Positions 1-9,482 of a DNA stretch of 64,000 nucleotides are shown here, in pieces. The translations under genes were made by a program, and so were the position numbers. The DNA comes from Parcubacteria group bacterium Greene0714_7 (lineage in GTDB: Bacteria > Patescibacteriota > Minisyncoccia > Phycocordibacterales > Phycocordibacteraceae), in the NCBI GenBank assembly GCA_007378985.1, contig VMHB01000001.1:128252-192251 (forward strand). The letters run 5' to 3'. Within the stretch, counting starts at the first letter, position 1. Each line of letters opens with the position of its first letter. The notes beneath the pieces are model-generated. The model made no database searches. It had not been told where the DNA came from and saw only the letters and a program-made list of their open reading frames with translations.

Positions 1-1155
1 AGAAAAGCAGCGGGTGAGGCAGCTCTCAAACTTGGCTATCCTGTGCTTGTACGCCCCTCGTATGTGCTCTCAGGCTCCGCCATGGCAATTGCGTCTGACG
101 AAGCATCGCTCATGCGATTTTTGGAGCGTGCAGTCGATGTGTCTTCTGAACACCCGATTGTTATTTCAAAATTTATTGAGAATGCACGAGAAATTGAAAT
201 AGACGGGGTCGCTTCAAAAGGAAAGCTGGAAATCTACGCCATAACTGAGCATGTTGAGAACGCAGGCACTCACTCGGGAGATGCAACCGTGGTTTTGCCT
301 CCGCAACGTACTTACCTTGAAACGATTCGTCGAGCGAAGCGCATTGCAAAAAAAGTAGTTAAAGAGTTAAAAATTACGGGCCCATTCAATATTCAGTTTT
401 TGGCGAAAGAAAATAAACTACAGGTTATTGAAACAAATGTGCGTGCATCGCGTAGTTTCCCATTCGTCTCAAAAGTCACTGGTTACAACTTCATTGAACT
501 CGCCACAAAGGCAATGCTAGGCAAAGACATTAGTGGACACTACCAAACACTTGAGCTTGATTATGTTGCAGTAAAATCACCGCAGTTTTCATATAGTCGC
601 ATTAAGGGTGCTGACCCGCTTGGGTATGTCGAGATGGCATCAACAGGTGAAGTGGCTGCGTTTGGTGATTCATATCCTGAGGCTCTCTTGAAGTCCATGA
701 TGGCCGCAGGTTTTCGAATTCCTACAAAAAATATTCTCCTTTCTTTAGGTGGCGAAGAGAACAAAGTAAAACTTCTTCCCGCGATAGAAAAACTTAAAGT
801 GTTAGGGTTTAACTTTTTTGCCACTGAACACACCGCAGAATTTTTGAAAACTCATGGCATCCCGGCACAGCTTGTGCATAAAATAAAAACTGGAAAGAAA
901 GAAAATGTCGGAACGCTCCTTGATTCAGGGAAGCTTGAGCTGATCATCAACCTCGCAAATCGAGGGCTCGTGAGAGAGGGTAATGGTAACGGCGGTCCAT
1001 CAGATGGTTTTATTATTCGTCGCAAGGCAGTTGATCTCAATATTCCTCTCATCACTAACCGTCAGCTTGCAGAGGCGTTCGCCATGGCTCTCTCAGAGGT
1101 AGGAAAGAAAGGCTTAGAGTCAAAATCATGGGATGCATATAAGAAAGATGCTTAA
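1..1155 (+). CDS. carB: carbamoyl-phosphate synthase large subunit, C-terminal part (5' truncated by window edge)
   Basis: Frame 1 is open from nt 1. The ATP-grasp motif LGYPVLVRPSYVLSGSAM is followed by an MGS-like C-terminal domain. The pyr genes lie downstream. Confidence 0.8.
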   Translation, partial: RKAAGEAALKLGYPVLVRPSYVLSGSAMAIASDEASLMRFLERAVDVSSEHPIVISKFIENAREIEIDGVASKGKLEIYAITEHVENAGTHSGDATVVLPPQRTYLETIRRAKRIAKKVVKELKITGPFNIQFLAKENKLQVIETNVRASRSFPFVSKVTGYNFIELATKAMLGKDISGHYQTLELDYVAVKSPQFSYSRIKGADPLGYVEMASTGEVAAFGDSYPEALLKSMMAAGFRIPTKNILLSLGGEENKVKLLPAIEKLKVLGFNFFATEHTAEFLKTHGIPAQLVHKIKTGKKENVGTLLDSGKLELIINLANRGLVREGNGNGGPSDGFIIRRKAVDLNIPLITNRQLAEAFAMALSEVGKKGLESKSWDAYKKDA

Positions 1156-1166
1156 ATGATAGGGAT

Positions 1167-1793
1167 ATGGATGACATCACTCACATACTAAAAGAAGCTG
1201 GAGCTATAACCGAAGGCCATTTTATTGGTACATCAGGAAAACATTTGTCGGTGTATATAAATAAAAATAAAATTCTCATACACGTTGCTCTGACTTCACG
1301 ACTTTGTGAGGTGCTTGCAAAAAAGGTTGTTGGTTGGAATCCGGATGTCATCGTCGCTCCTGCAACTGGTGGCATAGCGCTCTCGCAGTGGATGGCATTT
1401 CATATGAGTGCACTGTTAGGAAGAGAGGTGCTCAGTGCCTACACAGAATCAATTGACGGAGTCCAATCCATTACAAAGCGCGGATATGATGCGGTGGTTA
1501 AAGGTAAGAGGGTTGTGGTAATTGAGGATGTTGTTAACACTGGCAAATCAATTAACGAGGTTGTTCAGGCAGTACAGATGGTTGGGGGTGAAGTTGTGGG
1601 AGCCGTTGCTCTTATAAATAGAAATTCAACCGACACACTAATTCAAGAATTGCTTGGTGTTCCATTCCACTCGCTGTCACTTATGCCACTTGATGCTTAT
1701 GCGGAAAACGAGGTTCCTGAATCGTTGAAAAAAATCCCCATTAACATTGAGCTTGGTCACGGTGCAAAATATCTTAAAGAACACTCGGAGTAA
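1167..1793 (+). CDS. pyrE: orotate phosphoribosyltransferase
   Basis: PRTase fold motif VVVIEDVVNTGKS, about 208 aa, pyr operon context. Confidence 0.75.
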   Translation: MDDITHILKEAGAITEGHFIGTSGKHLSVYINKNKILIHVALTSRLCEVLAKKVVGWNPDVIVAPATGGIALSQWMAFHMSALLGREVLSAYTESIDGVQSITKRGYDAVVKGKRVVVIEDVVNTGKSINEVVQAVQMVGGEVVGAVALINRNSTDTLIQELLGVPFHSLSLMPLDAYAENEVPESLKKIPINIELGHGAKYLKEHSE

Positions 1794-1794
1794 T

Positions 1795-2877
1795 ATGACC
1801 ACTACGCCCTTTTATGATCCTACGAAGTCATACGATGAAAACTATACGGATGGTCCGTTTGGTGGATTTAAAAATGCGCCAGTCTATGAAGAAAAGGGCG
1901 AGCCGATGCATGATGTTTTTGGGCATAAGGTGTACACGCCCTTTGGTATTCCTGCGGGCCCACTTTTAAATAGTGCTTTCATGAAGGGTGCGTTTGATAC
2001 TGGTTTTGATATTGCGGTCTACAAAACAATACGAAGCGGTGCCTATCCCTGCCACCCATTTCCTAATGTGCTCGCTGTGCATCCAGGGGAGCGCCTCACA
2101 CTAGAGCGTGCCCAAGCAGAAGCCTTGGTGGCGGATGTTAACTACACCGAACCTATTTCTATCACCAACTCATTTGGTGTGCCGTCGAAAGAAACACAAG
2201 TTTGGCAGGATGATTTTAAGACAGCTATTGTCTACGAGAAAAAAGGCCAGCTCGCGGTGTTGAGCTTCATGGGTACCGTGAAAGCAGAGCAGACTCAGAA
2301 TGAGTTTATCGATGATTACATTCTTGCAGGATCTCTTGCAGCAAAAACAGGCGCAAAGGTTTTAGAGGTAAATTTGTCGTGCCCTAACATCGGCAATGAG
2401 GGTCTGGTTTGCTACAACTTGGATGTTACGGAAAAAGTATGTGAAGGACTTCGTGCAGTTATTGGCTCAACTCCTTTGATGCTCAAGGTTGGGTATTACA
2501 AAAACAATGAGGATGTTGTGCGCTTAGCTCAAATTGCTGAAAAATATGCAAACGGTGTTTCCGCTATCAACACAGTGCAGGCAACTATTGTGGATGAGAA
2601 AGGAGAGCAAGCGCTCCCAGGGCCAAATCGTTCACGCTCAGGTGTGTGTGGTGCATCCATAAAGTGGGCAGGGCTCGAAATGGTACAGCGTCTGAAAAGT
2701 GCGCGTGATGCTGGTGGACTCACATTTAAAATTTGTGGTGTTGGTGGCGTGATTACTCCCGCTGACTATGCTGAGTATCTCCGCGCTGGTGCTGACATTG
2801 TTATGAGTGCAACAGGCGCTATGTGGAATACAAATTTAGCAAAAGAAATTAAGGAGATCGAAGGGCTTTCTCAGTAA
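1795..2877 (+). CDS. pyrD: dihydroorotate dehydrogenase family protein (class 1-like)
   Basis: NLSCPN active-site Cys motif and a TIM-barrel glycine-rich C-terminus (ICGVGGV). The ATG at 1795 directly follows the pyrE stop. The ORF-track start at 1747 overlaps pyrE and is less likely. Confidence 0.65.
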   Translation: MTTTPFYDPTKSYDENYTDGPFGGFKNAPVYEEKGEPMHDVFGHKVYTPFGIPAGPLLNSAFMKGAFDTGFDIAVYKTIRSGAYPCHPFPNVLAVHPGERLTLERAQAEALVADVNYTEPISITNSFGVPSKETQVWQDDFKTAIVYEKKGQLAVLSFMGTVKAEQTQNEFIDDYILAGSLAAKTGAKVLEVNLSCPNIGNEGLVCYNLDVTEKVCEGLRAVIGSTPLMLKVGYYKNNEDVVRLAQIAEKYANGVSAINTVQATIVDEKGEQALPGPNRSRSGVCGASIKWAGLEMVQRLKSARDAGGLTFKICGVGGVITPADYAEYLRAGADIVMSATGAMWNTNLAKEIKEIEGLSQ

Positions 2878-2968
2878 GAGTAATGATGCATCCCAGCAAT
2901 ACATTCCACTCTTTAATGTCCGTACCATAGGCTTATTCGCACGAATAAGGGATATACTGGTATGTAGG

Positions 2969-3238
2969 ATGACTGATGGAAAGAAACTAGAGAAAATATT
3001 GAAAGCGCTAGCGAACCATCGTCGATTAGCGATACTGAAGTATCTTTTAGTTAAGAAATCAGGGACAGTGGGAGATGTTGCGGGAATAATTAAGCTTTCT
3101 TTCAAGTCTACTTCACGGCATTTGGCAATCTTGAGAGGAGGAGAAATTGTGGAGCGAGAGCAGGTTGGCGTTCTTGCTAATTACTCGCTCGCACAACCAG
3201 TAGATCCTATTGTCCGAACAGTTATTTCTCGGCTCTAG
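2969..3238 (+). CDS. ArsR-family winged-HTH transcriptional regulator (small, 89 aa)
   Basis: ArsR/SmtB-like HTH (HRRLAILKYL ... GTVGDVAGIIKLSFKSTSRHLAILRGGEIVE). It is flanked on both sides by the palindromic repeat family. Confidence 0.6.
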   Translation: MTDGKKLEKILKALANHRRLAILKYLLVKKSGTVGDVAGIIKLSFKSTSRHLAILRGGEIVEREQVGVLANYSLAQPVDPIVRTVISRL

Positions 3239-3274
3239 TTTTTTCTAAATCTTTATTCCTCCTGTAATTATTTC

Positions 3275-3310
3275 ATATATACCCCTTATTCGCACGAATA
3301 AGGGGTATAT
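3275..3310. repeat. perfect palindrome ATATATACCCCTTATTCG-CA-CGAATAAGGGGTATATAT (family 1, copy 2)
   Basis: Seen directly. Other copies are at 2931-2959 (right arm complete, left arm partial), 5427-5464 and 5876-5909. Confidence 0.85.
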
Positions 3311-3392
3311 ATACATATAGAAAATTTGAATGGTTAGGTGCGTATGGCTGGTAGTGTGCTGAATTGAAAATATGGAGGTATAATCTCTTCTA

Positions 3393-4292
3393 ATGCAACA
3401 CATACTCGAGACTCAGCAGTTTGACCGCGAAGCCTTGAATAGTCTTTTTCAGGTTGCGACTTCTCTTGAAGGGAAGCGCACAAAGGATCTTGATGGAAAG
3501 ATTATGGCGTCGTTGTTTTTTGCACCATCCACGCGCACCCGCTTGAGTTTTGAGTCAGCCATGTACAGGCTCGGGGGGCATGTCATCTCAATGGAGAATG
3601 CGAGTGAGTCATCCTCCTCAACGAAAGGAGAGACCATAGAAGACACTATCCGCATCGTAGACAATTACGCGGATGTCATTGTTCTTCGTCACCCAGAAGT
3701 AGGGATGCTCGCGAGGGCTGCTGCTGTTTCGGAAGTCTCTGTCATTAATGGTGGAGACGGCATTGGTCAGCATCCAACGCAGGCGTTTCTTGATTTGTAT
3801 ACTATTTTTCGTGAGATAGGTCGCACTGATGATTTTCACATTGCATTCGTTGGAAACCTTGCGTACTATCGTGCCGCTCGTTCTCTCGCGTATCTTCTTG
3901 GTAAATACAACAATGTAAAAATGACATTCGTGTCTGGCCCGGAGCTTGCTATGAAAGACGATGTGAAAGAGTATTTGAAAGAGAGAGGAGTTCAGTTTAC
4001 CGAAACAGATGATTTAGTAGGAGCAATGCGCGAAGCCGATGTGGTGTATCAAACGCGTATTGCGGAAGAATGGATTCCTGATCACGATCAGTATGAAAAG
4101 CTTCGTGGCAAGTATGTCATTGACCGCGCATTGGTTGACCAGATGAAAGAAGGCTCTATACTCATTCATCCACTTCCACGAGCGGGCGAAATTACTCCTG
4201 AAGTTGATGATTCACCGCACGCAGTCTACTTCAAGCAAGCAGAATATGGCGTTCTTGTGCGCATGGCACTTTTGAAACTGTTACTTGGCTAA
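3393..4292 (+). CDS. pyrB: aspartate carbamoyltransferase catalytic subunit
   Basis: STRTR, HPTQ and HPLP motifs, about 299 aa. Confidence 0.85.
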   Translation: MQHILETQQFDREALNSLFQVATSLEGKRTKDLDGKIMASLFFAPSTRTRLSFESAMYRLGGHVISMENASESSSSTKGETIEDTIRIVDNYADVIVLRHPEVGMLARAAAVSEVSVINGGDGIGQHPTQAFLDLYTIFREIGRTDDFHIAFVGNLAYYRAARSLAYLLGKYNNVKMTFVSGPELAMKDDVKEYLKERGVQFTETDDLVGAMREADVVYQTRIAEEWIPDHDQYEKLRGKYVIDRALVDQMKEGSILIHPLPRAGEITPEVDDSPHAVYFKQAEYGVLVRMALLKLLLG

Positions 4293-4294
4293 AC

Positions 4295-5365
4295 TCAGGA
4301 AATCTTCCACTGAATTTGGAGGCGTTTAGCAGGATCTTCGTTATAGCCAAATGGACGAATGGTTTCGCCATTTGAAATTTGAACCAATGAGTCAATAGTC
4401 CAAGGGTTTTTGGTAAGAGTGGTTGTTTCTTCGTTTGGTGGAAGGCCATAAAACTTGGCTCCGTTTAAAGACGTAAATGTTTCTAGGTTTTCAAGTTTTC
4501 CCATATCTTCAAACACTTGTGTGTAGAGTTCAATTGCTGAAGGAACGGTAAAGATACCTGCTGCGGGTGGAGTTTTTTCTTTGGCGGACACTAGATGTGG
4601 CGCTGAGTCGGTACCAAGGAAAAAATGCGAGTCACCCGATGTTACTGCTTCGCGGAGGGCTTTTTGGTTTTCTTCATTTTTTATGACTGGCATACAGTGA
4701 AGGTACGCAGGTTCCTCGCTATGCTCTACATCCTCTCGATTTTCCATGAGGTGATGGAGAGTCACTGTTGAGCCAAGGCGATTGCTATTTTCGTTTCGTA
4801 CAAAGTCCACGGCGTCTTTCGTTGTTGCGTGCTCTAAGACTATTTTTAACTCAGGGAAATTTTTGAGGAGTGCGGGGAGGGTGGTATCAAGAAATACTTT
4901 TTCACGATCAAATGGGTCAATGGTATTTCCACTCTCATCTTTCAGTGCTTCTCCGTGCATAAGTATAGGCATGCCAACTTTTTGCATTGCCTCAAGAACT
5001 TCATATACCTTTCTAATATCAGTAACGCCTTGTGCTGAATTTGTAGTTGCACCAGCGGGATAGGCTTTTACTGCGGAAGCGATGCCATTTGTGAAGCCGT
5101 CCGCAATTTCTTTAGCCGAAGAGTTATCAGTGAGGTAGTAGGTCATCAAGGGCGTGAATGTTGGATACGCTTTGAGTGCTTCAGTTATTCGTTCTCTGTA
5201 CGCTTGTAGTTCGAGAGTGGTGGTGACGGGGTTTGGTGAGAGGTTGGGCATCACAATCGCTCGTCCAAAAGCCCGTGCAGTGAATGGCAAAACTGCTTCA
5301 AGCATTGCACCGTCTCTAAGATGCACATGCCAATCGTCAGGTTTGCGGATGGTTATTGAGTCCAT
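4295..5365 (-). CDS. pyrC: dihydroorotase, class II (E. coli PyrC-like)
   Basis: N-terminal IRKPDDWHVHLRDG and AIVMPNL closely match class II PyrC. It is convergent with pyrB. Confidence 0.8.
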   Translation of the reverse strand: MDSITIRKPDDWHVHLRDGAMLEAVLPFTARAFGRAIVMPNLSPNPVTTTLELQAYRERITEALKAYPTFTPLMTYYLTDNSSAKEIADGFTNGIASAVKAYPAGATTNSAQGVTDIRKVYEVLEAMQKVGMPILMHGEALKDESGNTIDPFDREKVFLDTTLPALLKNFPELKIVLEHATTKDAVDFVRNENSNRLGSTVTLHHLMENREDVEHSEEPAYLHCMPVIKNEENQKALREAVTSGDSHFFLGTDSAPHLVSAKEKTPPAAGIFTVPSAIELYTQVFEDMGKLENLETFTSLNGAKFYGLPPNEETTTLTKNPWTIDSLVQISNGETIRPFGYNEDPAKRLQIQWKIS

Positions 5366-5426
5366 AGTCTTTGAGCATATTCTACCACCACGCTTACAAT
5401 GTTTATCGCCACCTTGTTTGTTTTTT

Positions 5427-5464
5427 CCTTATATCCCTTATTCGCACGAATAAGGGATATAAGG
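5427..5464. repeat. palindrome family 1, copy 3 (CCTTATATCCCTTATTCG-CA-CGAATAAGGGATATAAGG)
   Basis: Seen directly. The arms carry TCCC/GGGA instead of CCCC/GGGG and stay perfectly complementary. Confidence 0.85.
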
Positions 5465-5528
5465 TTATATAAAAACCTAACGAAGGAGTCGGAAGGGTAG
5501 TGTGTGCATGGTATTTTAAGTATAAGTT

Positions 5529-5852
5529 ATGAAACCTAAAAGTGTTAAAAAAGCAGTTGTGTTCAAAAAAGATGCCTTCCTGCGCGCGAGGGGTGGTTAC
5601 TCGCGACTTTTAGAGCTTTCATGTGAGCACTGTAAGGGTGTGTTGTGTTTGTACCAAAAAGACGGGCCGGGAATTTTGAAACGTCTATATACCGATAGGA
5701 TGATTCCAGAACCTACTCGAACCGCGAAGCAGTTAGTTTGTGAACACTGTGAAAGAGTTCTTGGTGCACTCATTACCTACAAGAAAGAAGATCGGCCAGC
5801 GTATCGGCTTTTTGTTGGCGCGGTCGCCAAGAAAATAGTTAAGTCGCAATAA
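5529..5852 (+). CDS. hypothetical protein with two CxxC pairs (zinc-ribbon-like)
   Basis: CEHCKG ... CEHCERV pairs, basic, 107 aa. Palindromic repeats flank it. Confidence 0.4.
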   Translation: MKPKSVKKAVVFKKDAFLRARGGYSRLLELSCEHCKGVLCLYQKDGPGILKRLYTDRMIPEPTRTAKQLVCEHCERVLGALITYKKEDRPAYRLFVGAVAKKIVKSQ

Positions 5853-5952
5853 CTCACGGAAAACCTTTTTTGAATATATACCCCTTATTCGCACGAATAA
5901 GGGGTATATGCGTGGGTTTGACTTTGGGTTAGTGGAGATTTAGACTCAAAAT

Positions 5953-6168
5953 ATGAGAAATGGAATGGAGTCTCGCGTTATCCGTAAAGAAGCAACTCGA
6001 ACAGGTACTGCCTATCAAGTATTGGTAGATGGTATTTGGCACCTATTTACACTTGGAAGCGACGGGGATACAAGACGAGTAACTGTGCTCGGTGGCGGAG
6101 CGAATGTGGCAAATTGGCCTTTGGCGGAGAGATTGGCGAAGGAAGACAAGGAAGCACTCACCCACTAG
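5953..6168 (+). CDS. hypothetical small protein
   Basis: ORF only. It lies between palindrome copy 4 and dnaX. Confidence 0.25.
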   Translation: MRNGMESRVIRKEATRTGTAYQVLVDGIWHLFTLGSDGDTRRVTVLGGGANVANWPLAERLAKEDKEALTH

Positions 6169-6223
6169 ATTGTTGTTTTTTATACAGGCCGTATCGTAAG
6201 GTTTTTTGTTATACTAGAAAGTA

Positions 6224-7261
6224 ATGTCCACTTCAGATCTTTCTTTGTACAGAAAATACCGTCCCCAGGTCTTTAAGGATGTGTTGGGGCAAGATCATGT
6301 GGTTAAAGTGCTTGAGGGAGCACTCAAAGAAAAGCATCCAGCCCATGCGTATCTGTTTATAGGCTCTCGAGGAACAGGTAAAACGTCTGTTGCCCGCATC
6401 CTTGCACGTGAGCTTGGCGCAAACGAGCGGGACATTTATGAAATGGATGCAGCGTCGAACACTGGCGTTGATAACATTCGCCAACTTCGTGAAGAGGCGT
6501 TTGTAATGCCGTTTGAGTCTCCTCGGAAGGTGTACATCATCGATGAAGTGCACATGCTTTCAAAAGGTGCTTTCAATGCGTTTTTGAAAATTCTTGAAGA
6601 GCCTCCTTCACATGTGGTGTTTATTCTTGCGACAACGGAATTAGAAAAAGTTCCTGAAACTATTCAGTCCCGTTGCCAAGTATTTACATTCAAAAAACCC
6701 AGCCAGAAAGTATTGGTGGAAATGGTAACGAGAGTAGCTAAAGCAGAAGGCTTCACGCTCGAGCCCGCAGCGGCAGAATTAATTTCACTTCTTGCAGACG
6801 GATCATTCCGTGATGCGCACGGCACCTTGCAGAAAATCATCGCATCTTCATCTGACAAAAAAGTAAGTGTCGAAGAAGCAGTGCTCGTTACGGGGGCGCC
6901 TCGCCTTGAGCTCGTGGAAAAAGTCATTACGGATTTAAGTGAAGGGAAGGCCGATGGAGCACTTCAGGCAGTAGGGGAGGCAACGAAGGCGAATGCTGAC
7001 ATGAATGTATTTGCCATGCTCCTTCTTCAACGTTTGCGCATTCTTCTTATGCTTCGCTACTCACCTGAATTTGGGAAAGAGCTTGCGGCCGATTTGGCCG
7101 ACACTGACCGTGCATTTCTTGAGGCACTTGCTAAAGACGCAAAATCAAAAATAAATTCAGAAACCCTCCGAAAATTCATCCTCGCCTCAATAGAAATCCC
7201 TCGCTCTCCCGTTCCGCAGTTGCCGTTAGAGCTTGCAATAATGGAATTGGCTCAAAGCTAG
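6224..7261 (+). CDS. dnaX: DNA polymerase III subunit gamma/tau, short form (345 aa)
   Basis: YRPQVFKDVLGQDHV, Walker A GSRGTGKTS, the SRC motif (TIQSRCQVF) and DEVHML. It lacks the tau C-terminal domains. Confidence 0.85.
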   Translation: MSTSDLSLYRKYRPQVFKDVLGQDHVVKVLEGALKEKHPAHAYLFIGSRGTGKTSVARILARELGANERDIYEMDAASNTGVDNIRQLREEAFVMPFESPRKVYIIDEVHMLSKGAFNAFLKILEEPPSHVVFILATTELEKVPETIQSRCQVFTFKKPSQKVLVEMVTRVAKAEGFTLEPAAAELISLLADGSFRDAHGTLQKIIASSSDKKVSVEEAVLVTGAPRLELVEKVITDLSEGKADGALQAVGEATKANADMNVFAMLLLQRLRILLMLRYSPEFGKELAADLADTDRAFLEALAKDAKSKINSETLRKFILASIEIPRSPVPQLPLELAIMELAQS

Positions 7262-7467
7262 GTGTCAGGTTCCAGGTTCCAGGTTTCAGGAAAACAAAAT
7301 TAAAACTGGGAATTTCATCCGGGAGTCACTGTAAGTGTTCATTACTATAGCCGTCTTATTGTGAAGTGCTCTATTATATATGGGGCATTTAGAAAGTCTT
7401 TTAAGTAACTAATGCGGAGAGGGTCGCATTTCAATCGACGACATGCGACACGATTTCGCTAAATCGT

Positions 7468-8058
7468 ATGAAAACAGCTATAAAATTATTGCCAATTGCG
7501 CTTCTCGTACTCCCTCTTTCTGTAGGTGCCGCTTCTTTATACGGAAACACAGAGGTTATGGTTACATCGGGTTCTGATATTTCAGTAGGTGCCGACGTAG
7601 ATCTTAAGGGTTCTGATGATATTAACGACGACGTTAAGGGTGATACAAAAGTTGAAATTTCTGACGACACTAAGGAATTGTCAGTTGAGGATGATGCTAG
7701 CGCAGAGTTCAAATTATTTGCAGATGATGTAGAAGCAAAGAATGAAAATGTTGAAGCCGTTGAAGTTAATGGAGACGGCAGTGTTGAGGTAGCGTACCAG
7801 CATCAGGCACGATTTTTGGGATTTATTCCAATGAAGGTTACATCTCATACGAAGGTGAAGAGTGACGCTGATGGCAATGTAACGGTAACAGTGAAGTTGC
7901 CATGGTGGAGCTTCCAAGCGAATGCTGAAATTAAAGCAAATGCTGGCGCTCAAGTTTCAAACGAAACCCGAGCACAAATAGTAAATGCCATCATTGCGTC
8001 CTTGAATGCCGAAGCTACTGCTTCAGCGCAAGTGGAGGCAAGCGCAAAAGCAAACTAG
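7468..8058 (+). CDS. secreted acidic hypothetical protein
   Basis: N-terminal signal peptide (LLPIALLVLPLSVGAAS) and Asp-rich repeats. A rho-independent terminator follows. Confidence 0.5.
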   Translation: MKTAIKLLPIALLVLPLSVGAASLYGNTEVMVTSGSDISVGADVDLKGSDDINDDVKGDTKVEISDDTKELSVEDDASAEFKLFADDVEAKNENVEAVEVNGDGSVEVAYQHQARFLGFIPMKVTSHTKVKSDADGNVTVTVKLPWWSFQANAEIKANAGAQVSNETRAQIVNAIIASLNAEATASAQVEASAKAN

Positions 8059-8070
8059 TCTTTCTTTTAA

Positions 8071-8103
8071 AAAACACCCCGCTTCCCGCAGGGTGTTTTT
8101 TGT
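8071..8103 (+). terminator. rho-independent terminator
   Basis: The AAAACACCC ... GGGTGTTTTTTGTT hairpin is followed by a T-run. Confidence 0.6.
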
Positions 8104-8167
8104 TAAAGAGGTTGAAGTTTAAAGCTAAAACCTATAAGCTATCACCTGTAACCTAGAAGTTAGGTAT

Positions 8168-8238
8168 TGGGGAATCGTCTAATGGTAGGACAGAGGCCTT
8201 TGAAGCCTTTAATTGGGGTTCGAATCCCTGTTCCCCAG
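8168..8238 (+). tRNA. tRNA-Gln (anticodon UUG)
   Basis: Manual fold. Acceptor TGGGGAA/TTCCCCA starts with U1-A72 like bacterial tRNA-Gln. The D-arm is GTCT/GGAC. The anticodon stem GAGGC/GCCTT carries loop CUUUGAA. The T-arm is TGGGG-TTCGAAT-CCCTG. The discriminator is G and no CCA is encoded. A hairpin plus T-run follows at 8253-8282. Confidence 0.7.
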
Positions 8239-8408
8239 CTAGAGAAAGTTGAATCCCGATGTGAAAACATCGGGATTTTTATTTTCTCTCTGTGGACAGG
8301 GATTCGAAAGACGGAGGCGCGAAGCCACATGTTTCATGTGTTGCCGAGTCGGGGTCGAGCGCACTTAGTATTTTACGAATTTGAGGAGTAAAATACTTAG
8401 TGACGGGT

Positions 8409-8430
8409 GACCGAATCCCTGTTCCCCAGC
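8409..8430 (+). repeat. direct copy of the tRNA-Gln 3' end (T-arm plus acceptor), copy 2
   Basis: GACCGAATCCCTGTTCCCCAGC matches 8217-8238. Further copies are at 8684-8705 and, truncated, at 12611-12623. A tRNA 5'-half-like fragment sits at 8477-8501 and an inverted T-arm fragment at 8294-8308. Confidence 0.7.
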
Positions 8431-8683
8431 AGTGCACACGAATGAACACTTTTTCATTCCCCTCGCTCGCTAGACAGTAGGACAGAGGCCTTTGAAGCCT
8501 TGAATTAGAGTTTTTTGCGAGCGAAGCGATCCATTACAAAAAAGCTCGAATTCACTTCGCGGATGTTGCGTATAGCAACACAAGAAGCTAATTGGGGTAA
8601 AAATTAGAGTTGGGCGATTAGAAAATCGTGCCGAGAGGCTTCGCAAGAAATTTCAGTCAAGAAATTTACTTGTGACCGAATCC

Positions 8684-8721
8684 CTGTTCCCCAGCCAGCT
8701 TGAGATAGGTTCAATGTCCAG
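8684..8721 (+). repeat. left direct repeat (tRNA-Gln 3' end plus CAGCTTGAGATAGGTT) bounding a 3.9-kb element
   Basis: Its partner at 12611-12638 (TTTCCCCAGC CAGCTTGAGCTAGGTT) has the same junction sequence after the tRNA-derived part. Confidence 0.6.
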
Positions 8722-8825
8722 AGAGCCTATCCAAGCACTATTCTGAAAAGGCATACCTGCTGAGAGCAGTATTCAAACAAAAAGCCACCCAATGGGTGGC
8801 TTTTTGTTTGCACTTTAATCTCGAG

Positions 8826-9059
8826 TTAACCGGGGTATTTCTCTGGATCCTTGCCATAGGTGTGTTCAGTTTGGATCGTTCCGTCACTCTTGTGGATTAT
8901 GACTTGTCCGAGGCCTGCAGATTGCGCGAGTCCTTTTGCAAGCTGCACAGCATCTGATTTGTCTTCAAGAATTTTCACAGCGCGGTCTGCGCCCCGTTCC
9001 TTCACCTTCCAATCGTCGCCGTTTGGTGTTACGTGATATATGCGTCTTGGCATATGCAT
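8826..9059 (-). CDS. DUF2188 domain protein
   Basis: YHVTPNGDDWKVKERGADRA ... IIHKSDGTIQTEHTYGKDP matches the DUF2188 pattern. It is the first gene inside the repeat-bounded element. Confidence 0.5.
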   Translation of the reverse strand: MHMPRRIYHVTPNGDDWKVKERGADRAVKILEDKSDAVQLAKGLAQSAGLGQVIIHKSDGTIQTEHTYGKDPEKYPG

Positions 9060-9191
9060 ATTTTAGATTTCGTTGATAATGGTGGTGTCGACCGTTGGGT
9101 AGGGGCCCCCACCCTTGACTGCCACATGGTACACATGATACAGTTCCCACCACGGGAGTCAACATGAAGGTACTGAAGATAACCCAGCATT

Positions 9192-9479
9192 ATGCAATTA
9201 GTTGGAAAAGAAATCTTAATTACCTTCAAAAATGAGCATCCCGATGCGCGTTCCCAGGTCGAAGCGTGGGAAGCCGAAGTGGAGAGTGCCGAATGGAAGA
9301 CTCCTCACGAGATCAAGAGGTCATATCAGAAGGTCAGTCTCCCCGGTAAACGGCAGGCCATATTCGATCTGTGCTGGAATAAATATCGGTTATGGGTGAA
9401 GGTCGCATACAACACCGGTATCGTAATTGTAAAAGCCATCGGAACCCATAAAGAATACGAAAAGTGGAACATTGAATAG
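9192..9479 (+). CDS. higB: type II toxin-antitoxin system HigB-family toxin (RelE/ParE superfamily)
   Basis: 95 aa. WNKYRLWVKVAYNTGIVIVKAIGTHKEYEKW matches the HigB_toxin signature. Confidence 0.65.
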   Translation: MQLVGKEILITFKNEHPDARSQVEAWEAEVESAEWKTPHEIKRSYQKVSLPGKRQAIFDLCWNKYRLWVKVAYNTGIVIVKAIGTHKEYEKWNIE

Positions 9480-9482
9480 TGT

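Noticed and set aside
7265-7289. Possible CRISPR-like or other tandem repeat array
   Set aside because: Only three 7-bp units. No window-wide array of 25-40-bp direct repeats with unique spacers was seen, and no cas genes were found.
8167-8391. 74-aa ORF overlapping the tRNA-Gln gene
   Set aside because: It overlaps a well-folding tRNA and tRNA-derived repeats, so it is almost certainly spurious.
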